A DNA stretch of 25,428 nt from a virus (Duplodnaviria > Caudoviricetes), in the IMG/VR virus record IMGVR_UViG_3300031688_000123, positions 1 to 25,428 of that record; one strand, given 5' to 3'. Below the pieces are notes generated by a model. It saw only the letters and a program-made list of their open reading frames with translations, did not search any database and had not been told where the DNA came from. Position numbers and translations under genes: made by a program. Below are positions 9,040-16,400 of this stretch, one piece after another (the stretch's first letter is position 1; each line of letters opens with the position of its first letter).

Positions 9040-9389
9040 TGCAGCAGTATGTTAAGTGGGATCATGAAAACAATAAGATACTTATTGGGCCTCAAAGTAT
9101 CGCTGGAGATGACGATAACTGGTGTTTGTTTGATGAGGGTGGTGCTATACAAAATCCTCGCACTCAAACGCGGCGGTTTGCATATGATGCAGATATACAG
9201 ACAGTGGTCGGGTCGGTGGAGGGGAATCCTGAGCTGACATGGGAGCAGGTTCGGCAATCCAACTACGGTGGGTTGGAGGATCAGCTCGATATGATTTGGC
9301 ATGACATTAATAACGAGACGCTAGATAAAACCGGAAGCTTTTACAGAGCGATTAAAGCTGTTAAGGATGGCGCAAATAAGCCTGAATAA
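9039..9389 (+). CDS. Fibre-associated chaperone-like protein
   Basis: C-terminal R...Y..LEDQLDMIWHD...IKAVKD pattern seen in small proteins following phage fibres. Overlaps the fibre stop codon. Confidence 0.55.
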   Translation: MQQYVKWDHENNKILIGPQSIAGDDDNWCLFDEGGAIQNPRTQTRRFAYDADIQTVVGSVEGNPELTWEQVRQSNYGGLEDQLDMIWHDINNETLDKTGSFYRAIKAVKDGANKPE

Positions 9390-9431
9390 GGGCCTTGCAA
9401 GCGTCACAGAATAATTATTTACTTGTTGATT

Positions 9432-9459
9432 TTGCAAGACGTAACGTACTATATATAAG
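9432..9459 (+). promoter_or_regulatory. Candidate sigma70-like promoter for the GNAT/ejection gene block
   Basis: TTGCAA (9432-9437), N16, TATAAG (9454-9459), in the only long AT-rich intergenic gap of the late region. Confidence 0.4.
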
Positions 9460-9556
9460 ACATACGGCTTAAACAGCCGACCCGCAAGCTACTCATCTGA
9501 GCGTTTTATTTCAGATCGAATATAGCCTCCGCGATTAAAAATTTTAGGTAATACTT

Positions 9557-10021
9557 TTGAGTTATATAGTGAGGATACCCTCGCTCAAAGACTTTGATCA
9601 GATCAATTCTTTAGGGCTATGGTTCCAACAAAATAGTGATTTCTCCAAGTGCGGCTGGTCATCAGACAAGGCTCTAAAATTTGTGACTTCGGGGAAAAAT
9701 CCTGAATCAAATACTTTCATGCGCGTGTGTACAGATGGTGATGAGATCGTGGGATTCTTTCTAGGAAGTGCCGTTGAGTACTTCTTCTCGGAGAGTGTAA
9801 TAGCACAAGAGATGACAGTGGTATTTAAGCCTGAACATAGAGACAACATAGGCCCCCATCTAGCCACAATGATAACCGACTTTACAGAGTGGGCAAGGCA
9901 GCGTGATGCGGTAGAAGTATGCATAGGCATCACTTCCGGTATAGCGGGTGAGGGGTATTCAAGATTTATTCAAAGTCAGGGCTTCAGACAGGCCGGACTA
10001 ATATTTAAGAAAGAGGTGTGA
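9557..10021 (+). CDS. GNAT-family acetyltransferase-like protein
   Basis: TTG start with AGGT upstream. GNAT pattern: IVGFFLG, V.PEHR..IG..L, WARQRDA, F..QGF. Precedes ejection proteins as in many podoviruses. Confidence 0.7.
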   Translation: MSYIVRIPSLKDFDQINSLGLWFQQNSDFSKCGWSSDKALKFVTSGKNPESNTFMRVCTDGDEIVGFFLGSAVEYFFSESVIAQEMTVVFKPEHRDNIGPHLATMITDFTEWARQRDAVEVCIGITSGIAGEGYSRFIQSQGFRQAGLIFKKEV

Positions 10022-10022
10022 T

Positions 10023-10598
10023 ATGTGTGGTGGCGGCGGTGGTTACGAAGAAAAGGAGCAGGCGTCTAAGCTGGCGTTAGCCGAGCAGGCTGCATCTAGC
10101 CTACGAAGGTACGGTGACGTTTTTGTTCCCCTAGAAAATGCCTTCATCCAAGATAATCTCAATGCATTTGGAAATGAGGCATATCAACAGCCGATGGGCG
10201 ACGCCATGAACCAGACGCTAGGATTGTACGAGGATAAGCTCCCATCTTATCAGAACCAGTTATTTCAGGCAGGAATAGATCCTACCTCCGGCGCATATGG
10301 CGGAAAGATGGATTCAATCTATCAAGCCACAGCAAGAAGCGTTGGTCAGGCTGGTGGTAATGCAGCAGTTGGGCAGACAGATAAGGCCTACCAAGGGTTA
10401 ACGAATGTTGTTAGGGCAGGCCAAGGTCTCCAGACAGAGACCATTCAAGGGAATGTAAGCCGCCTTAGCGATTCAATGTCTTTGGCGAAGACGCAGGCAG
10501 ATGCAGACTTCGTTAAACGACAAGGCGCTCAAAATATTGCAGGAACGGTTGTCGGCGCTGGAGCTGGAATGTATACCAATAAAGGAGGCACTGGCTAA
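10023..10598 (+). CDS. Internal virion/ejection protein
   Basis: GAGG RBS, MCGGGGG start, Ala/Gln/Gly-rich helical sequence and a hydrophobic Gly-rich C-terminus. Confidence 0.6.
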   Translation: MCGGGGGYEEKEQASKLALAEQAASSLRRYGDVFVPLENAFIQDNLNAFGNEAYQQPMGDAMNQTLGLYEDKLPSYQNQLFQAGIDPTSGAYGGKMDSIYQATARSVGQAGGNAAVGQTDKAYQGLTNVVRAGQGLQTETIQGNVSRLSDSMSLAKTQADADFVKRQGAQNIAGTVVGAGAGMYTNKGGTG

Positions 10599-11158
10599 TG
10601 CTTGATGCACTAATCGCCATGTATGGCGACCAGAACTCGCAGCAAGTGCGTGATGTTGAGAACTTTTACTTCCCCAGCGACGACCCTGCTAACCGAGGTG
10701 TCCCAGAGTACTCTGGCTCTAACTACAACGCTTACTCAGGCATTAACCCATACGCTTACTCAGGCTCTAGGCCTGAAGATATGGGTGGAGACAAGCTGTA
10801 TGCAGATCTTATTCGCGCACAAACCCGTGACTACATGACTAGATACGCTCCTGTTGAGAACTTTTTAGCCAGTGAAATAACAGCAACCGGAACAAAGGCT
10901 CTTGCAGGTGATTTAGGGCGGACAAGATCAGCAGTGACGGGAGCAGCAAACAAAATTCAAGGGATGCAAAGCAGGGGCATGGAGCGTTTCGGTTTAAGTA
11001 ACGCACCTAGTAACCAGAATCAAATGAGTACAGTCGGCACATTAGTTGGCGGCTTAAATGACACTAGAGCCAGAGATTCAGATCGTCGAGAGGCGCTCAT
11101 ATCTGGCTCGTTTGGAGGTATCGCCCAGAACGCGGCGGCCACGGGGAGAGGCATATGA
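10598..11158 (+). CDS. Internal virion/ejection protein
   Basis: AGGAGG RBS, overlap with the upstream stop codon, and composition and position in the ejection block. Confidence 0.55.
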   Translation: MLDALIAMYGDQNSQQVRDVENFYFPSDDPANRGVPEYSGSNYNAYSGINPYAYSGSRPEDMGGDKLYADLIRAQTRDYMTRYAPVENFLASEITATGTKALAGDLGRTRSAVTGAANKIQGMQSRGMERFGLSNAPSNQNQMSTVGTLVGGLNDTRARDSDRREALISGSFGGIAQNAAATGRGI

Positions 11159-11643
11159 GCTTAATGACGGTAGGCCAAGGCCTAAGAAAAAATACGAATG
11201 CTGCAATGGCAGCAGTGGCTAAAGCAGACGTATCTGAAGCGCAGAAAAAAATACAGATGGATGCGCAAGAAGATGCTGCAAAAACAAGCACTATATCTAC
11301 ATTTGGAGGTATGGGTGCCGCTGTTGGCGTTAACAAATATCTTGGATTGCAGGCAGCTAAAACGGCAGCAGCAGGAGGAGCCGCAGCAGGAGGAGCCGCA
11401 GCAGGAGGAGCCGTATCAGGTTCAACCGTTATTGCAGGGGCCGGTGGAACCTTAAACGGAGTAGCTGCTGGTTATGGTGGAGCCTTAGGGGCTGGTGCGG
11501 TAGGCGGAGCCGCAGGAGGAGGAGCCGCTATAGCCGCTCCCGTAGCAGGCGGAGCCGCAGGAGGCATGGCTGGGCTTGCCGCTATAGCCGCTCCCGTAGC
11601 CATTGCGATTGGTATTGGTTATTTGTTTAGTGAAATATTCTAG
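11155..11643 (+). CDS. Gly/Ala-rich pilot/ejection protein with C-terminal hydrophobic helix
   Basis: GGAAA repeats and a terminal AAPVAIAIGIGYLFSEIF. Confidence 0.6.
   Translation: MSLMTVGQGLRKNTNAAMAAVAKADVSEAQKKIQMDAQEDAAKTSTISTFGGMGAAVGVNKYLGLQAAKTAAAGGAAAGGAAAGGAVSGSTVIAGAGGTLNGVAAGYGGALGAGAVGGAAGGGAAIAAPVAGGAAGGMAGLAAIAAPVAIAIGIGYLFSEIF
11368..11412 (+). repeat. 3 x 15-bp exact tandem repeat GCAGCAGGAGGAGCC
   Basis: Copies at 11368, 11383 and 11398, encoding AAGGA x3. Confidence 0.95.
11502..11600 (+). repeat. Interleaved direct repeats
   Basis: aggcggagccgcaggagg at 11502-11519 and 11547-11564; gccgctatagccgctcccgtagc at 11524-11546 and 11578-11600. Confidence 0.9.
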
Positions 11644-11652
11644 GAGTTACTG

Positions 11653-13449
11653 ATGTCATTTTCAGAAGGTGTACAGGCAGGTTTCGGGTTAGTCAATGAC
11701 GTTTATGATCGTCGTGAAAAAAAAGCCGAAAGGCAAGCTATCACAGCCGAAAGGCAAGCTGTCAAAACCGATAGGTCAGAGGAGGCAAGGCTAACCGCCG
11801 AGCATCGATCAAACGTTTTAACCGAACAAATAAGGCAGGGTAAAGCGTCAGATGCTCATAGGACTTTAGTACAAACAAATACAGCACAAGCCGGCACGGA
11901 AAGAAGAGCGAATGAAGCAGCGGCACTTGAATATCAGCGAAACGTATTTGACAGCAAACAAGAAGGGCTGGGCATAACAAGGGCCGCCCAAAACGATCAA
12001 CTGGCCGCGCAAAAGGCTCAAAGGGAGCGGGAAGAAAAGCTGCAAGCAAAACTTCTGGCGGATCAGACCGCTGCAATGAATGCTACTGCTTTTTTGAATA
12101 ACGCTGAGAACGCATCAACAGAGGCAGACTATGACGCCCTATTCGATAACTGGAAAAAAACCCAAGACTCTTTAGCTGATGTAGGGGTCATACTCGATCC
12201 TATAGAACCTATAGACCACGATGTAATCATAGCCAGCATGAATAAACTTGCTGCCGGCGAAGAGGTTGATGATAAGGCAGTTGTGAACGCAATGGATAGT
12301 GTGCTAAAAACCAGCGCAAAGTTTCAGGAGGGAACACTAATTACTCCAGAAACTCATCCTGCCGCCGGAGAAGAATTCTACAACAAGGGATTTACAGTTG
12401 TAGGTATTCAGACTCGATCAGCATTGCTTCAGGACGATTCTGGCCAAGGAGGGAAAGGGCCATACTTAAAGCCTACTGTTACCGTAACTGTTGAGGATGG
12501 ACAAGGTAGACGGTCAATGTATCTGACCAATATGACAGAGGGTCGTCAAGGTGGTGGAGCGCCTGTGAGAATTTATACTGAGGATCTAGTCAAGGCAAAT
12601 GCGGCGCGAATTAATTATTATAGAGCGTTTACACCGGATGCAAAGAGGGCGTTAAAAGAGGCCATAAGAAGACAGGCATATTCGGATGATGGTGGCAACT
12701 ACGATGTAAGGGCTTACGAGAAAGCAAGACTAGAATTAAGCACTAACCTTCTAAAGGATCTTGATGCAAGGCAGGTAATGGATATGCCTGTCACTGCTGG
12801 CGCGTCTATGACTTGGGCTGAGTTTAGCCAAGGCGATCAGTGGGAGGATTACGTTGAGCATAAGCTCTTAATTCCAGATAACAGGGCACTTCCTGACAGG
12901 GACGAGGTTGACCTAATGTTAAGTCAATTACGAGATCACCCTGCGATTAAAAAAGTTAACGCCCAAAGAGAGAAGCAAGGCCGCAAACCCTTAGATGAGA
13001 TAGAGCTTAGTCAGGCGTCTGTTTTCTTTAAGACGGGCGATAACTTTGAGATTCAGCTTAGTTCAAGCAACGCGCAGCAAAGGTGGTTTAACAAGATGAG
13101 CATACTTGGCCCATCGGGTAACCCAAGAATGAATCCCAGTGAATATAGAGCTAGCGCTAATGGAAGAGGATCTACCCCTAAATCTAAGATCGGATACCTT
13201 GGGGCATATAGGAATGTACAGGAAGGCGGGATGATGACAGAAGTTAGCATTGAAGAGGACGGAGTAGAGTTTCCGTTAATGGTGCCTACGCTGACTAAGG
13301 CCGAAATTAATACTCTGCAAAATATGAACATCGAGGGCAATGCGGACAACATTCCTGAGTCAATTAAAGAGAAGGCTAGAGTGCATATGAGGGAGAGGTT
13401 GAGTCAGGGTCTAAGTCCGTTCTATGGTTTTAATGACCGAAATAAATAA
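11653..13449 (+). CDS. Internal virion/ejection protein (598 aa)
   Basis: AGGAG RBS, MSFSEG...GFGL start, long coiled-coil-like N-terminal part and a distinct C-terminal globular module. Confidence 0.6.
   Translation: MSFSEGVQAGFGLVNDVYDRREKKAERQAITAERQAVKTDRSEEARLTAEHRSNVLTEQIRQGKASDAHRTLVQTNTAQAGTERRANEAAALEYQRNVFDSKQEGLGITRAAQNDQLAAQKAQREREEKLQAKLLADQTAAMNATAFLNNAENASTEADYDALFDNWKKTQDSLADVGVILDPIEPIDHDVIIASMNKLAAGEEVDDKAVVNAMDSVLKTSAKFQEGTLITPETHPAAGEEFYNKGFTVVGIQTRSALLQDDSGQGGKGPYLKPTVTVTVEDGQGRRSMYLTNMTEGRQGGGAPVRIYTEDLVKANAARINYYRAFTPDAKRALKEAIRRQAYSDDGGNYDVRAYEKARLELSTNLLKDLDARQVMDMPVTAGASMTWAEFSQGDQWEDYVEHKLLIPDNRALPDRDEVDLMLSQLRDHPAIKKVNAQREKQGRKPLDEIELSQASVFFKTGDNFEIQLSSSNAQQRWFNKMSILGPSGNPRMNPSEYRASANGRGSTPKSKIGYLGAYRNVQEGGMMTEVSIEEDGVEFPLMVPTLTKAEINTLQNMNIEGNADNIPESIKEKARVHMRERLSQGLSPFYGFNDRNK
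11724..11760 (+). repeat. 16-bp direct repeat with 21-bp period
   Basis: agccgaaaggcaagct at 11724-11739 and 11745-11760, a heptad duplication (AERQAIT/AERQAVK). Confidence 0.9.
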
Positions 13450-13493
13450 AAAATAACAAAATCCCTATCAACATAGATTAAAGGCCGACATAC

Positions 13494-16400
13494 ATGCTTT
13501 ACCTGAATAAGCCAAATAGAAGATCTCAATTTTATGACTTTGGTGAGGAAGACGAGACTGGTGCTTTAAATGAATTTAAGAAGGGCGTGTCTTCTGGCGT
13601 AGATCAGCTTCAAGGTTTAATTGGAGGTGGTGGCCGTGCGCTTGTAGGGTCTGCAATCGGCGACGATGAGATGTTCCGCAACGGCATGGAATATTACAAC
13701 GAGCAGATGAACGAAGCCGCTGAAAACGCGGCTGATGTAGGCAGTATTGAAGAGATTGAGGGGATTGGTGACTTTGTAAATTATTCTGCCTTTGTTGTAG
13801 GAAACATTATACCCAGCCTAATTGGTGGTGGCGGTGCTGGTGCCGCTGTCGGAGTTGTTGCGAAGAGAGCTGCAATGTCAGCCGCCGGAAAGGTAATAGC
13901 AAAGCAGAGCGCACAGCAGCTTACTAAAAAACAGGCAGCAACGCAGTACGCTAGATCTACTGTCGGTCAGGAAGCCCTAGCCAAGAGAGGCTTGGCAGGC
14001 CAGATGGTTGGCGCAACAGCTTTTGGAACCGCAGCGGGAGCAGGTGAATCCTTTACTCGTATCTATGACGAGACTGGTGAAGAAGCCGCTATAGAGGCAA
14101 TGATTACTGGCGTTGCGTCTGGCGCTCTGGATGCAATGGCTCCGATGAGAGCTTTAAAAAGAATACTTCCGCAAGGTGCGTTCAGGGATGCAAGTGAAGA
14201 AGTAGCCTCTGTCATGGCGAAAAAAAGAGGGGTCTTTAAAAGGGCGCTTACTGAAGCTGGTAAAAGCTCTGCCACTGAAGGCGTCACTGAGATGATGCAA
14301 GAGATCGTCCAGAATGCCGCGCTTGAAGTGGTACGCGGTTATGACCCTGCGCTCGAATCGTCATTTATTGAAAGAATGCTAGAAGATGGAAAGTTTTCAC
14401 AGTACAAAAACGCCTTTGTAGCTGGTGCTATTGGTGGCGGCGCAATGGGTGGTATTACAGGGGCGGTAACACAAGACCCTGAAACAAGAGCGGCGACAGT
14501 AAGGCAAGAGCAGCTACCCTCTCCAGAAGATTTTGACATCGCACAAAACTCTCAGCCTCCTGAAGTAGTTATAGATGATCAGTCCGCAGCACAGACAGCC
14601 CAGCAACGGCAAGAAGAGGTTCGTGCTAGGGCGCAAGGTCTACCTAAGCAGCGTCGGCAGATTCCTCGCACTGACCCCTCTGCCGTTAGAGCTGCCGAGC
14701 AGCAAGATATTATTGATAGAGAACTGCCTAACCGAAGAGATGATCTTGACTCAGGGGAAGCAACGGCTTCACGCGAATCTATTCAGCGCCAAATCAGAGA
14801 TCAGGTGGCCGGACTTCCAGCCGTAAGAGAGAATGTCAAAAAAATATTACAGGAAGTTACTGACGGAACCTACCGAAACGAAGGTGTTGGTGAGACGGTA
14901 ACTATACCGGCACCAGCCCCAGTAACTCCTGAGGCGGATGCTCCTACAGAAGTTAGTGGCTCACTCCCAGATCCCGCTAATGTCGCTCCCCCCATGACTG
15001 ATCTTATTGGTCGTGATGTAGAATACAATGGCAACAAAGGTCTTCTAATCGAAAAAGAAGATGGATTGTATGTGTCCACTCAGGATAACGGCGATGTCTT
15101 TATTGAGTCAGGCCAGAACAAATCACCGGCTGAGTTAGGTGTAGTGGCTGCTGCCTCTGACCTTGAATTTGAGAACGACTTTCAGATAGATCCAGAGACC
15201 AAAAAATTCACGTTGCGGGGGAAAGAATATACCCTCACCCGAATCGTAAAAGACAAAGACGGCAATCCACTGTCATTAGCAGTAAGAGATGCCAAGGGTA
15301 AGCGCAAGACCATTAAAGAAAAGTCTGTACTCGACCGCGCACAGGCACAAATGACTAAGCCACCAAACTTCGCTCAAATTAAAGTCGAGGTTGATGATCT
15401 TCCAGTAGACATACAGGAAGCAATTGTAAAGCAGTCAGATCCAGAGAATATACCTACAGAGATATCGGCACAGGAAGCTCTAGAGATAGCGCAATCTATG
15501 CCTGACGCGGATCAGGTTGCCACGGCTTTGAATGAATCTTTTCAGCTTACCTTAGCGGGCCGTGAGGCAGTCACATCTACACCTATGCAATACAGTCAGA
15601 CCATAACCAGACCTTCCTCTGACGTAACGCTGACTGAGGCGATTCAGCAAATCAATAAAGGCCAAGGGTCAAACAGATCTTCTATAGATGAGTCGCGTAT
15701 TGACAGCCTATTCGATGGCTTGTTTGACGGCCCTATTGTTTTATCAGACGGTGAGACATTAACTCCAGTTAACATGCTGGAAGGCATCAACGAATCTCCA
15801 GATGGCATGTCAGCCAACATCCGCCGAGAGGTTAAAGCTTCTATTCTAGATTTGATTGAAGCAGGTATGCCAAAGTCTGTACTAAAAGATATTTCAGGAA
15901 TCTTTATACACTCTCAAGGTACTTTTGCAAGGGAGACTGACGGTGCTTTTTTCCCTGATACATCGGCACTAAGCCTGAGCCTCTTGAACTTGGTCAATCT
16001 AGTCACAAGTACTGAGAACACGAACAACAGGGCAGGAAAGTTTCGATATGTTATGGCGCATGAGCTAGGCCATGCCTATGATATTGCCAGATCACTATCA
16101 GATGCAGCCCCTGAATTTAGAATTGAGATAGACGGGTTTACCCCAGAAGGTGTTGAGCTAAGTGTCGGGTCGATAATAAGCGAGCTTGGCCGTAACTACC
16201 AGAATGGAACTGAGCTGGGCATGGAGATGGACTACCCGTTTGGGGATGCTTGGTCAATGCTTAACGATAACCCTGATGCATCAGACCAAATTGTAGACGT
16301 GTTGCAGAAAGAAGCGTTTGCTCAGGGCTTTGCTGTCTATCACGCCAGCCCCGAACTTTTGCAAGAGTCTGCTCCATTAACGTATAATTACTTCAAGAAA

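Noticed and set aside
1-9389. Diversity-generating retroelement or invertase shufflon acting on fibre genes
   Set aside because: No reverse transcriptase or invertase, no adenine-specific TR/VR pair, and all cassettes are co-oriented.
11198-11455. Alternative-frame ORF with QQEEP repeats
   Set aside because: A by-product of the 15-bp tandem repeat, with no RBS.
14575-14826. Third +1-frame nested ORF in the giant gene
   Set aside because: No SD or promoter seen and the sequence is less protein-like. Worth including as a control in the conservation test.
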